From Chrysomallon squamiferum (lineage: Eukaryota; Animalia; Mollusca): 64,000 bases of DNA. The translations under genes and the position numbers were made by a program. Numbering within the stretch: the first letter of the stretch is position 1; every line of letters starts with the position of its first letter. Under the pieces are notes generated by a model. The model did not search any database. It saw only the letters and a list, made by a program, of their open reading frames with translations, and was not told where the DNA came from. The stretch spans positions 47,120,001 to 47,184,000 of the forward strand of contig CM022665.1 of NCBI GenBank assembly GCA_012295275.1, read 5' to 3'. Positions 40,653 through 54,460 of the stretch are shown piece by piece.

Positions 40653-41724
40653 TTTTAAAAAGATATATCAACAGTTAGTAGCCTGTAGACGAATAATCTT
40701 TTATATAGTTGTTTTAACAGATAGCGACAGTAATAAAAATACAAAACAAAAAATAAAACGAAATGTTTTTATAAATTATAATGATTGCTAGAAAATAATT
40801 ATCTTAATATTTTTCACGATTTTTTTTTCGTTAACGAGAGTTTAGTATTAGAGAAATAATTGTAATGATAAAAAATATGTCAAACACAAAATAATAATCA
40901 AAAACAAAATGAGAAATTAACTTTTTAATAATAATAGTAATAGTAGTAGTTGTAGTAGTAGTAGTAATAGTAGTAGTAATAATAATAGTAGTAGTAGTTG
41001 TAGTAGTAGTAATAGTAATAATAATAATAATAATAATAGTAATAATAATAGAAATAGTAGTAGTAGTAGTAGCAGTAGTAATTATAATAATAATAGTAAT
41101 AATAATAGTAGTAGTAGTAGTAGTAGTAGTAGTAATAATAATAATAATAATAATAATAATGATGATGATGATGATGATGATAAAACAGAAATAATCGAAT
41201 AACTAACCAGTCTCACTCACTTGTACGGGTTTGGTCCAGGTCGGGTCGTCCGTGTTGCGCCCGGGCGAATAGCCACTGTTGTATCCGGAACTGTAGAGCA
41301 CGGTCTGTCTAAATTCCTCCACTCTGCGGTCGTGCTCCTCGATCATGTCTTCCAGGTTTCGTATGTAGTCTATGGCGATCCTCAGCGTCTTCACTTTCGA
41401 GAGTCTCTTGTGCTTCGGCTCGTACGGAATGTGCTTTCTCAGACCGAGGAACGCGCTGTTCACTGCCTGCACGCGCCTTCGTTCACGTGCGTTGCGACGT
41501 TGCACGAGGTGCTGCGGTTTCTCGCTGTGCGGAACGTGCCGGTACGTGCTCTGTTTCCGCTCCTTTTTCTGTTTCTTGAGGTTTTTCCCGCCGCGTTTGA
41601 TGGCCAGACGTTCTCGCTTCTTCACGAGGCTCGACCACGAGTTTTTGTGGATGTAACAGGCAGGGTAGGTGATGCCGTGTTCCCAGGGAGACAGATTCAT
41701 CCTGCGCTGTATCCTGGCTTCCAT
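40111..41724 (-). CDS. Achaete-scute-related group A bHLH transcription factor, 2 coding exons (41221-41724, 40111-40218), ~203 aa
   Basis: GC-rich ORF with bHLH RRNARERRRVQAVNSAFLGLRKHIPYEPKHKRLSKVKTLRIAIDYIRNLEDMI. A strong donor CAA|GTGAGT lies at 41220 and an in-frame acceptor TTTCAG|GAG at 40219, adding ESFVECYQCPERYRQNDVVTTARHGCMTTYPTSMP*. Unspliced read-through would stop at 41203 (173 aa). The bHLH call is firm and exon 2 is inferred. Confidence 0.88.
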
Positions 41725-42300
41725 TTAACGTCTGAGAATAATCGAATGAATAAAAAAGAAGAAGAAAAAGAAAACCCGATCGAAACAGCGGGGGGAAATT
41801 GTTTCATTTATTATTAACGATTCGAAAACGAACGCTTATTTTACTTTCCTAGTAACCGCGCATGTGCAGTACGAACGAACGAACGAACGAACGAACACTT
41901 CCGAGCATAGCCTACACAAACTGGTCTACGGCGACGACGTCAACGTTTTTACAACGTTGTTGACGATATTTGACTGGAATGTTTACATCCACCAGGGGTA
42001 ATCCGATGAATCTGTGAAGGTATTAGAAGTACGAGGGATTTATATTGGTATTGTTCTCGTGTATTACAACCGCGTGTAACCATATCGCTGTGCTTATGAG
42101 TCACTAAACACTTCGTTTTGGAAATCCCTCCCGTTCACATTGGTCTAGTTCTCCTAGATCCCTACATAAACTTTTATTGCTCATTAGCGGATTAAAACTG
42201 AGCAATGAAACGACATTCTGATTTTATTCTGGCATTCCAGATCGGCGAGATTTTTACAAACTGTACGAGTCAACGTAAAAGTGTGGGAAAACTGGGAAAA
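41725..42300 (-). promoter_or_regulatory. Probable 5' UTR/core promoter of the bHLH gene
   Basis: CpG-rich sequence upstream of the ATG. The minus strand reads CCAATATAAATC at ~42037-42048 (TATA-like), and there is a (GAAC)n run at ~41872-41896. Confidence 0.45.
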
Positions 42301-42489
42301 AGAAGAAGAAGTAAGAAAAAAAAAAACAAAGGTTAGAAGTAAAAAAAAAAAAAAAATCTAAAAAAACGTTACAAGCATTTGCTTAAAAAAAATAAAAAAA
42401 ATAAAAAAAATAAAATCAAGAAGAAGAAGAACAACAACAACAACAAAAGCCACACACCCCCACAAATTCCCCCCCAAACCCAACAATAC

Positions 42490-42552
<63 letters not shown>

Positions 42553-43625
42553 TGAAATAAAAATAACAGATATAAATCAACAAGTACTACTAATAAATTA
42601 TTTCATATTCTTCTTCTAAATATTCTTCTTATTCTATTTTTATTCCCCCCCTCCCCGGATGGGAGTATTTATATATATATGTAATAAAACATAACGCCAA
42701 CAAAATAAAAATATATTCCCGTCCAGGGGGGAAAAACAAAAATAGAATAAGAAGAATCTGAAATAATTTATTAGTAGTGTATGTGAATATATGTTTGTAT
42801 TGTTATGTATGACGTTTTCTATGAATGTGTATATATGTGTGTTTACTGTAATAAGATGAAACATATGACGAAGACAAATGTTTCCAAAATAAACCCAGAC
42901 AATTATAAAAAGTAAAACTTACATCTTCATTTATTTCTTCTTCTTAGACGATTGCTGCTACAACTGCTACAACAACTACTAATTCTATCAGCACCACCAC
43001 AACCACTGTTCTTCTACTAATATTAAAACAACAATTACTACTACTACTGCGTTTACTACAACTATTAGACCAGTGGATTACAGGAACTACTGTAAATAAT
43101 AAAAGTCATAATTTCAGCAATAATTTCAGAAAATTGTATTTAATAAGAATTTATTATTATTATTGTTAGTAGTAGTAGTAGTAGTAGTAGTGTTAGTATT
43201 GTCGTTGTTGCTGATGATGTTGATGTTGTAGTTATTACTACTTGTGATTAGCTCTCTTGTGTAATACTGGAGACATCAGAGTGAGAATTGTAAGTAACTA
43301 AAAGTTTCTGATTACTTTTGAAAGCTGTTTACGACTCTGACCACACTGAAAACAAAAGAAGAAAGTCAAAGTGTTTAAAGAAAACAGATTACTTTATAAA
43401 TATTGAATGTTTCGATTTCCGTTTTACGAGTACACGACTTCCGGTTCATCTGTGCAGTCTTGCAGAGTAATTAACTGACGTCGTTACTCAGTGCAATGAT
43501 CGATGACAGCCCGAGGCGACGACCACAACAGCAACAACAACATCCACACACACAGATAGAGAGATTAAGAGATAGAAACTGAGAGACAGATTAATAGAGA
43601 GAAAGATAGAGAGATATTAAGATTG

Positions 43626-43722
<97 letters not shown>

Positions 43723-43799
43723 AACATAATATGATTTTTTCTGTTATCGTTTGTTTTTTCTTGGCTTGTTTTTTTTTTTGTTTTTTCTTTTGTGTGTGT

Positions 43800-43850
<51 letters not shown>

Positions 43851-44764
43851 TTGAGTTTCTTTTATTGTGTTAATTTTAACGCGTCTTTTTTTTTTTTTTT
43901 CTGCGGGTTTGTTGAATGAGTAAGATGCATGTGTTTCATTGTGTGTTTATGTATATATACATCCATACATGCACGTGCGCGTATGTATGTGTTTTCTTGT
44001 GTTTCTGTTTGTTTCAGTACATTTAAATATAACTTTACAGTTTAAATTTATAACTTTGCGCAGTTAGATTATCAAATTCCATTGTGCTTTTCTTTAGGCA
44101 CATAAAAAATATCTGGTGCCCAAAAAGAGTATTCTAGTCTCCACTTAGAAGAACATGACAGCACACATCATTAAAAATGTAATGAGGGCTTTTTAAATTA
44201 TTTCTTTCTTCAAATTCAAAGAAGAAGAATAATAAGAATAATAAATAATAAAATGAATAATAAAATAATAATAATAATAATAAATGAATGAAAAAAATAA
44301 AAAGGAAGAAGAAGAAGAAGAATAACAATATGAAAAAAAATGAAAAAAAATTATACCGATCACTGAAACATAAATGACAAGACACAATCTATCTGGTTTC
44401 CGTTGTCATGCCAACCCACGTTTACGAGCGAACGTCGGCAAAACAAAGGATGAAAATGTTTGTTTTTATTGCTGAAATAAAGAGTCGGATGTCGACCCTC
44501 CGCTACGACTGACTGGAAAAGTGTTGAGCCTTCGACAAAGTGTTCACGAGACAATTCTAAGCACGAAGCAAAAAGTTTAAATGACGCGGATTAACTTTTA
44601 TTTTATTTCGCTAATCCCCGGTTCGACTGAAAACAGACCGCCATTTTTAACTGTCTCGTTCACAGCGTTCGTGACAAGCTGAGGCCTGGACACGTAGACA
44701 GACTGAGAAACACTTCCAGTTCTGAAGATGTGTAATGTATACAGTAATATGAGCGATATATATA

Positions 44765-44812
<48 letters not shown>

Positions 44813-44955
44813 CGTGTGTGTGTGTGTCTAAATCCGTATATTTGACGTTTATTTATGTTTATATATATATATATATATAAATAAACATAAATAAATGTAT
44901 GTATATATATTAACAAATATTTATAACATAAATAAACATCAATTATACGCATTTA

Positions 44956-44998
<43 letters not shown>

Positions 44999-45092
44999 CG
45001 TATATGGCCACGAAGTGTACCGAACTGATTAACAAACGTTTATAATATAAATAAATATATCAAATGAATCAAATTAATATGTTCACATGTTA

Positions 45093-45169
<77 letters not shown>

Positions 45170-45758
45170 TAATAATATAATAAAAAATAAAAATACAGTT
45201 AATGGAAATAATACTTAAATGTAGACAGACACCATTTTATTTTATTTTATTTTATTTTATTTATTTATTTATTTATTTGTGTGTTTGTTTATCTGTTTGC
45301 TTGCATGTTTGTTAGCAAAAAATAATAATAAATCAAACAACTATAAAAATGAGATTAAGAAAAAAGATAAAAAATAAAAAATAAAATATAAAAAAACAAA
45401 AAACAAAAACAAAAACAGAACAAAAGTAAAATAATAAATTTATTAATAAATTAACAAGTTTAATAATAATAATAATAATCATTTATTTATAACATATCGA
45501 ATGATTTAACAAATTTCACTTTTATCGATTAATCATCTGGAAAAAAATATTCCTATAATATTATATACTGGGTACAAGTAAATGAGCATTAGATTTAATT
45601 TTGAATTTTTTTTTTTTATACAAGTTTCAAAAGATTACCTTAATAGTAGAATGAATAAAGATAATATAATATGTTTTTAATTTTGTTCAGTGCCTCATCG
45701 AAATTTGATGTAGATTTAAAATAATTCCCTTCTTTTTCTTCAATAATAATAATAATAA

Positions 45759-45789
<31 letters not shown>

Positions 45790-46110
45790 AAAAAGAAGAA
45801 TGATAAGTAAAAGAAATATCGTATGTTACAGACATACAAAAATAAACAAACAAACAAATAAATAATTAAATAAATAAATAAATAAATAATTGAAAATAAC
45901 AAATTTAAGACAGTCGTTAAACGCAGTTATTTCCCTTACTCCGTTCACGTCCTTTAAATCTGACGTCATAATTACTTGTAATTTTACATACATTATATCG
46001 GTAAGATTTGCGTTGCTGATAGTCGTAGTCATAGTTATTCGTTTTTCTCGTTTTTACTGTCATTTAGATATTCTATATCACGTTTAATAGAGAGAGGTTT
46101 TATTTTTTAA

Positions 46111-46161
<51 letters not shown>

Positions 46162-46503
46162 TTACTTTTTACTTTTTATTTTATTTTATTTTATTTTATT
46201 TTATTTTATTTTAATGTTCCAAGTAGACAGATTCATTCTGTTCTCTTTCCTAAGTTTTAATTATCTCACAATTTTTAAATTAACAATACACATGTTGATG
46301 AATTAAATACTGATACTACTACTATTACTATTACTACTAATAATAATAAATAAATAAATAAATAAATAAATAAATGAATAAATAAATAAATAAAACCAAC
46401 AAACAAGCAAGCAAAAATACTTGAATTTAAATATTTCATAAATCAATATTTATTTTTAAATTAAGACACTCGTAACCTGGTTTGTTGTAGTGTAGACAAC
46501 CGA

Positions 46504-46561
<58 letters not shown>

Positions 46562-47187
46562 ATATATATTTATCTTGTACAGATAAAATAACTTGAACTA
46601 CCCTGTTCATGAATCAATAACTGTAATTGTAAGAACTATAGAAAGAGTGCAGATACCCAGTCTCACAAAAAATCAACTTAAACAAGAACACACTCTCACA
46701 GCGATACTAACTCGAATACAGGTTTATTCATGTTTGTTTTTATTTAACATGAGACGTGCATTTCCTCACGATTTACAGTAAATTTGTGTAATTTTTAGCA
46801 GATATTTCCGTGATTTTATAAAATCTCTGAAAAACATTTTCAGTGAATTCGTCACTTATCCGAGTGAAACCAGATTTATATGAATATCCAGAAAATTTCA
46901 GCGATTTAAAAAAAAGGATATTTTTACCTAGAAGTATACAAAATATAGGCAGGCTTTTATTTATTCTTAGTTCTTTAATTTTTTATTTATTGATTATTAT
47001 TATTTTTTTAAATATATTGTATTTTTATTTTTATTATTTAAAATTCGAAATAGTAAAATACACGAAATAAACGTACCAAAAAGGAAAACTAGAATATCAA
47101 ACTGCGTGTATTATAATTTAATTTTAAAAGCAGAAAAATCTGATTCAGTTTCACAGGTCTTTGCAGCTATAAATGTTTTTGTACGAT

Positions 47188-47265
<78 letters not shown>

Positions 47266-48239
47266 CTTTTTTTATATTTTTAAATTTCTCTTAAAATAAA
47301 ATAACATTCTTTCTACCGTTTAACAAATTCATTTATTTCAATATCTCGCGTTTTAATTCGTCCGCGGACACTTCTCACAAACATTGGCTGATAAATTTCG
47401 TCTGACACGCGTTCACTAACACCCCCAAAAAAATAAAAAGCAGGAGTCGACAAACCCTGATTTGCATACAGGTGTGCGCTTTATGATTTAGGAGGGGAAA
47501 AAAAAAGAGAAGAGAAGAAGACGAAGAAGAAGAAGAAGCAGAAAAAATTACGACACATTTCGTCTGTGTCGTACGTTCCTCTCCGTTTTTGAATGCAGTC
47601 GCTGAACCGCTTTGTGCATCCCACATTCACCGATTGTGGCTCTGTGTACATCTTTTGTGATGTTTTTTTTTTTTTTTTTTTTTTTGCCAGAGGTAGGGTA
47701 TTAAATTTTAAATGGAATCTTTTTTCTCTCCGCGGTAATACTGTTGAATAAACCGAAGTCGTACCGGGCAGAAATGAGGCGCGTGGCGGGGGCGTGGCTT
47801 CGTTTAAAAAATGTCTCGTTTTGTAAGCCGATTACGAGCGGATGAATATATTAATGTTTTACGACCACGCCACACGGGGGGGGGGGGAAGAAATGTGAAT
47901 TAAAAAAAAAAAAAAAAAAATGAAAATGAAGTATTAGCATTTGGATCAAATCACGTTTTAAAATCTCAGTGTGTGTAAAGTGCTTTATTGTTATTGTTAT
48001 TGTTATTGTTATTGTTATTGTTATTGTTATTGTTATTGTTATTATTATTATTATTTAAATTTGTTTCAGAAAAAATCAGACTAGGCTAATATTATCAAGT
48101 TTGATAAATGAGTTTTAGACAATAAAGCACGAGTGCATTTAACAAACTTCATAATTATAGTGAAATCCCATTTGAAAAACATAACATTTACGTGAATTGT
48201 TAGTAAACATTACTGTGACTACTACTGCTACTGCTGCTG

Positions 48240-48274
<35 letters not shown>

Positions 48275-48875
48275 GTCGTATTGCTACTGTTACTACTAAT
48301 ACTACTGTTGTTATTATTACTACTAGAACGTCTGTTACTGTAACCAATATTATACTACTACTACTACTACGACTACTACAACCACTATCGTGTAGTACTG
48401 TTGCTGTTACTAATACTACTGTTATTACTACTACTACGTCTGTTACTGTTACCATTATTATACTGGTGCTGTTGCCGCTGCTGTTACTACTACTACAACT
48501 CCTCTGTTAACACTGATACTACTGCTTGCTCTGATATAATTGTAAATGAATCTGTCAGATTAATCAGATGTTCTCAGTTTTCTTTCTCTCTCATGTACAT
48601 ATACTTCTCTCTCTCTCTACCATACACATCTAAACTCACACACACATTCTCTCTCTCTCTCTCACACACACACATACACACACATATATTTTCTCTTTCT
48701 CTTTAAATATAATTACGTTTAATTCTTCTTTCTCAATGCAGCCTTTGAAAAGTAATATAATGTTCATGCACGTTGAAGCACTCTGTGTACCCGTGTATTT
48801 ATTTCAAGCATTTGTCCCTCGTTTAGTTCATTCGCCCATCTTCGCATCCTGTTGCTCTTCGGAATATCTGACTCA

Positions 48876-49385
48876 GTAACTGTTTAAATATGACGTATGT
48901 AGAATATTTATATGTAACTGTTTAAATATGACGTATGTAGTGTATTTGATTGAGTAACTGTTTAAATATGACGTATGTAGTGTGTTTATGTGTAACTGTT
49001 TAAATATGACGTATGTAGTGTATTTATGTGTGTATTTAAATAAGTAACTGTTTAAATATGACGTATGTAGTGTATTTATATGTAACTGTTTAAATATGAC
49101 GTATGTAGTGTATTTATATGTAACTGTTTAAATATGACGTATGTAGTGTGTTTATGTGTAACTGTTTAAATATGACGTATGTAGTGTATTTATGTGTAAC
49201 TGTTTAAATATGACGTATGTAGTTTGTTTATGTGTAACTGTTTAAATATGACGTATGTAGTGTATTTATGTGTAACTGTTTAACACTGACGTGTGTAGAC
49301 TATGTAATTGTGTAACTGTTGAGAACTGACGTATGTGGAATATCTAATTGTATAACTATTGCAAACTGACGTATGTAACTGTTAG
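48876..49385. repeat. 38-bp minisatellite (GTAACTGTTTAAATATGACGTATGTAGTGTATTTATGT), ~13 copies
   Basis: Directly visible. The centre is homogeneous and the 3' copies diverge. Confidence 0.95.
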
Positions 49386-49481
49386 ACCCTGAAACTACGT
49401 CACTGAAATTACGTCACCGAAACTTTCATCTAAAATAGTCCAACAGTTTAGCGGAAGCAACCTGTCATTACAAAGTAAGCG

Positions 49482-49512
<31 letters not shown>

Positions 49513-49824
49513 CATTACATCTACGAATCCGCCGTCTCTCTCTCTCTCTTTTTAACAGTAAACATCCATTTCATATATATATATAAAAACATAGTACTTG
49601 TACATACGTACACATTCTGATCTAAATAAATACAAATTAGTAAGTTTATTTTCAAATTTTCTTCATTTGCGTCAGTGATTATTTTGTTTGTTTGTGTGTC
49701 TATCGAGCCAAATGAAGGTTTTTCAAGTGCGTCATAAAATTCCAGATAATTGAAAAATTAAAACTGTTATACCGCAACACAAATGACAGCTTGTAAATCG
49801 ACCTTCTCTGTTTCGCTATATTTG

Positions 49825-49927
<103 letters not shown>

Positions 49928-51539
49928 AAGTACGTTGAATGCTTTCATCTGTTTGAGTTGTAAGAGCGTGTGTTATGTATTTAAACAGATGTCTCTTGGT
50001 TAAAAGAAGATTCACACCATCTGTTAAAATTTAGAAATCATTGTTCAGTCTCTTTATCAGGTTACCAATCTCGTACAGCTGAAACATATCTTTTTCTATG
50101 TAGTCGAAGTTGTAGTCGCAATTGTGGTCGTGATGGTGATGACAGCGGCAGTAGAAGACGTTGTATAAATAGTAATAGTAGTATAGTGGCGATAGTCTTA
50201 GGATAATAGTTATGGTAATAGAAGTAATAATAGTATTAGTTGAGAAATAGTGGTAACAGTAGTAGTAATAGTAGTCGTGGTTGTGGTGGTAGTGGTAGAA
50301 GTAGTAGTAGTATTAGTTTCAAGATAATAGTAATAGTAGTAATAGCAGTAGTAGTGTTAGGAATAATAATAATAATAATAGTGGTAACAGTAGTATTAGT
50401 AGTAGTAATAGTAGTAGTAGTAGTAGTAACGATTGTCTTAGGAATAATAGTTAATAGCAGTAACAGTAGCAGTAGTAATAGTAGTAGTAGTAGTCGTTGT
50501 TGTTGTGTGGTGATAGTACCAGTCTTTCGTGATACAACTTCTGGTTTATTATTATAAAGTTTTGTTTTATAATGTTTGTCTTTATATGTGTACATAAAAC
50601 AAAATTAAATAAATAAATAAAATAAAAATTACGTAAATTCTCTTTTGGTCGTTGTGGGCCATCAAAAGACCCAAATATCAAGCAGATCCCAGTGCAAAGG
50701 AAACTTCCCATATCAGTAAGAAACAGTAAGAAATATACCATATCATCATTTTCTAACACTGTCATACACAAAACTATGAAGATAATCGAAGATTTTATCA
50801 CAATATTTTATGTTAGTATTTGTGAACAGAAAGAAAAAAAAAAAAGAAGAAAGAAGTCAAAGAAGAAGAAGAAGAAGAAAAGAACTAGTTAGAAATAAAT
50901 TCGAAGTTTATCTTTTTAAGTTACAGCTTAATTTTTGAAATAGGATATATTTCTTATAATCTTTGAATATTTGAACATCGTGTGTGTGTGTCTATGTTTG
51001 TGTATAATAAGACGCGTGAATATGTAAGCAGATTTATTAAAAAGCAGACAGACAGGAAATTTGTAATATTTATTTTATTTTTCTGTCTCCGAGGAAGGTT
51101 CTGGTGCTATTTTAGATTTGTCAGATCTGATGACGCACTGATGAAACTATTAGGTCTCACAGTTTACGAGTTGCAAATGGCGAAGAAGATACAAGAAGAA
51201 GTTCCGAACTCTGTTTTCCTTAAACCCACGATAACAAAATTGTTTAAATTAATTTCAAAAATGTCTGCTTACCAAACCCGAAACATTTAATTTTTACATT
51301 TTAAGAAAACTAGGCACAAAGTATTGTAATCGATCTGAATTTTAAAATATTTTATATTCATTTTTATCATCTTTTTTTATTATTCCTTTTTATATATATA
51401 TAATTTGTTTATATTCTTCTTTCGTTCTCTTTTTTTTTATTATTACTTTATTTTATTTTTAATTTTAGTTAATTTCGTTTCTCGGGTTATTTAGTTCCTT
51501 GTTCTTTTTCTCCCTTTCATTTTCTTCCATCGTTATTTC

Positions 51540-52385
51540 CACGAAGCTAGAAATGTGCAGGTATGTTGGCGGGAACATCACAATGGGGCGAACTGCCAAT
51601 GTCACACATACTTCATTAATCCCCGCTCCTCTATCTCACTCTCCCATCAGCAGACGTCGGAAATTCGTCTGGTCGCGCGCGCGCGCGCGCACTTTTTTCC
51701 CATTCTGCTCCACGGACGTTTCCTTTTGATCGTCCGATTCGCTCGATAAGCTCGTTTCTGTTCACGCTCGTGCGTCCGTTTTCATTTTTAATGGCGATTT
51801 TACGGGATTAATTTCTGACTGCACGACTTGCCTTTTTTTTCTTCTAAATTTTACCCAAGCGGCGAAGCAAATTGGTCGCTTTTCAGAAGAAGAAGAAGAA
51901 AAGAAAAGAAAAAAAAAAAAAAAGGATGTTCTCGTTTTCCTATGGCAATTGTCTCTGTCAAGTAAAAAAAAAAAAAATGGTTTCACAGAGAGGCTAATTC
52001 TAACTTGTTGGTCACATTATCCGACGCGACATCAAGGAGGTCAACCGTTGCCCATTACAGGCGGGCGGGTGGGGGAGGATAGCGCGCGCGGTGCGGCGAG
52101 AGGGGGGAGACAGCAGTGTTTCCTCCAGATCGCTGTCATGCGATAGAAAGGAGAAAAATCGTTATCTGTTACAGGTGATTTGGGGACGTTAAAGGATTCT
52201 CGTTTTCTTTTCACCGGGTGAAAGAGGCGAATATTTTTCTTTTGTCCGTCGCTGTGAGGTTTTTTGTACGTTCGCGTCTCGGACTCGCTGGGTTCGGGTG
52301 TCTGTCTTTGGGACGGCTTCGAGTCCAGCGCGTGTCGGTTTTGTCGTAGGCTGTTATCGCGAGTGAAAATCAGAGATCGTTCTCT
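51540..52385. promoter_or_regulatory. CpG-island-like block (possible promoter/enhancer)
   Basis: Among the most GC/CpG-dense non-coding sequence in the window by eye, with a (CG)8 run at 51674-51690 and a G-rich GGCGGGCGGGTGGGGGAGG at ~52060. Confidence 0.4.
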
Positions 52386-53861
52386 TTGAGGAAGGAGATT
52401 TTGCCTTGTAGTACAAATTATACTTCTTTTTTATCTTTCTTCTTAATAGCTGGGGTGTTTTTTTTTTTTTTTTTTTTCTCTTACACATTCTTATCGCTAA
52501 ATTTAAACCTAATTGTAGATTTTTTTTTTATTTTTTTTTTTTTTTTTTTTTTTTTGAAGTCTCCTTTTGAACTGAAATGAATATCTGTCATTATACCTAA
52601 CTACTTTTCTTCTTCTTTTTTTTTTTTTTTTTTTTTTTTTTTCTACTATTTTTCTTTATGTATGTCTATCTCTGTCTGTCTGTCATTTTGTGGACATTTA
52701 TGTCTGTGGGGAATTGGTACTGGCAGGTACCGCCGTTTGTCATGGCTGGAAGTGGACATCATTTACAGATTTGCCTCTTCGTGCGGATTCCCAGAGTTTC
52801 CTTTGAAGATGTCGCGGTTCTTCGCAAACGCTGTCCAGCCAGCGATGATTCTTCTTTTGGTCACTGCTGTTGTCTGTCTGTCCCAGACACAGGTAACTTT
52901 GAGTGCTATCTACAGACACGTCGTCTTCTGAAGTCACCTTTCTCTTTGTCCTGTTAATTGTCAGTCCTCGTTATTTCTTGTAGCGTCTGTCGCAATTGGT
53001 GAGATGTGTTTGCAAATAGGAAAATATCACTGACGTAAAGAAGGTGATTGATGTTAACTCGAGCTCTTGTTTCTCGGTCTGTCTTGGCCTAGGATCTGGG
53101 CTCTTCAATCTTTCCTCCCAGCTCTTTGATGTTACAAACGTGTCTCGATTGATCTCTTGATTGTTCTTCCTAACGTCCACCTTTGTTTTAGACGGTGTTG
53201 CGTATTTCTGCACACTCTGTTCAACGAAGTCGTTTCGCTTGTAATCGTAGTGTTCCGCCATTTCTCGTCGTTTCTTCGTCACAACTCGTGTGGTTGACGA
53301 TGTCCTCAATTTTTTTTTTTTTTTTTTTTTTTTTTGCTATGACTGTGGATCATTTCTGTGATGTTTTCACACATAGGGTATCCATCTCTTCTGTTTTCTG
53401 TTACATCTAAACACGATTTTGTAGTTCAGGTTATAATTAAGTTCGTTTTTTTTTCATCCTAATTCGGGTGGTTTCTTGTTCATTAACTTTAAAAACTCAA
53501 ATTCATTTTTATTTTTTTTTTATTTTTTTTTTTTTTTGTTCATAACAAGTCTGTGATCATCAAGCCACTGTTTACTTGGTTACAAACAGTTATGTCTTTT
53601 ATCGTTACATTTGGCTTGTTTGTCAAAATGTCGGTTAGTTCATTCTTGGTTATTCCATAACAGTTGACTTTTCCCATATCCTCCTCATACCCCGCTTTCT
53701 TTTGAAACACGGTTTTCATGAAAGCGTGCTTTAATGATATTTCCCATTTAACCAACACAACACGCCTTCCATTTACAAATGGTAAAAAAGTTTTTTTTTT
53801 TTTGTTGTTTTTTTAAAAAAGCCATGTGTCGTATATCTGAATATATATATATATATATATA

Positions 53862-53899
<38 letters not shown>

Positions 53900-54130
53900 T
53901 AGTTGTGAAACAAAATCAAAATCAAATCAATATTTTATATTAATGAATGACTGTTAAATAATGTTTATTTATTTTCGTACTTTGATGACAATATCAGTGT
54001 TAGTATCAGTTAAATACGATCATAGCACGTGACTTTGTGACCTAGGAAGACAAATATTTCAAGTTTAGAACGTCAGACGAAAGAAATAGTACACATATTC
54101 AATGGACATAGCAGTAATAATTATATATAT

Positions 54131-54198
54131 ATTTCTGTGAGGTAAACAGTTTTATATATATATATATATATATATAAAATTGTTTACCTCACAGAAAT
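54131..54198. repeat. 68-bp inverted repeat with (TA)n centre
   Basis: ATTTCTGTGAGGTAAACA (54131-54148) is the exact reverse complement of TGTTTACCTCACAGAAAT (54181-54198). The interior GTTTT(TA)nAAAAT is also self-complementary apart from one G/T. Confidence 0.9.
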
Positions 54199-54415
54199 TA
54201 AGTACGTTTGTATACAGTATATTTATAGAAATGTTTACATTTCTTTTATTTATTTATCTTTTCCCAGAGGTTTTTATATATATATATATTTTTTTTTTTT
54301 ACTAAAATATAATGGTATTATTTCCTAATCAGTAAGATAAAGAAATAGAAATATAGACGGCAAAAACAACAACAATAACATACTGTCACTTTTAATTCTG
54401 GTGCATATAAAGAGA

Positions 54416-54460
<45 letters not shown>

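Noticed and set aside
41221-41817. 198-aa and 94-aa plus-strand ORFs
   Set aside because: Antisense shadows of the GC-rich bHLH exon with no recognisable domain.
48876-49385. CRISPR-like regular repeats (also 10530-11180)
   Set aside because: Units are contiguous with no unique spacers, there are no cas genes, and the context is eukaryotic.
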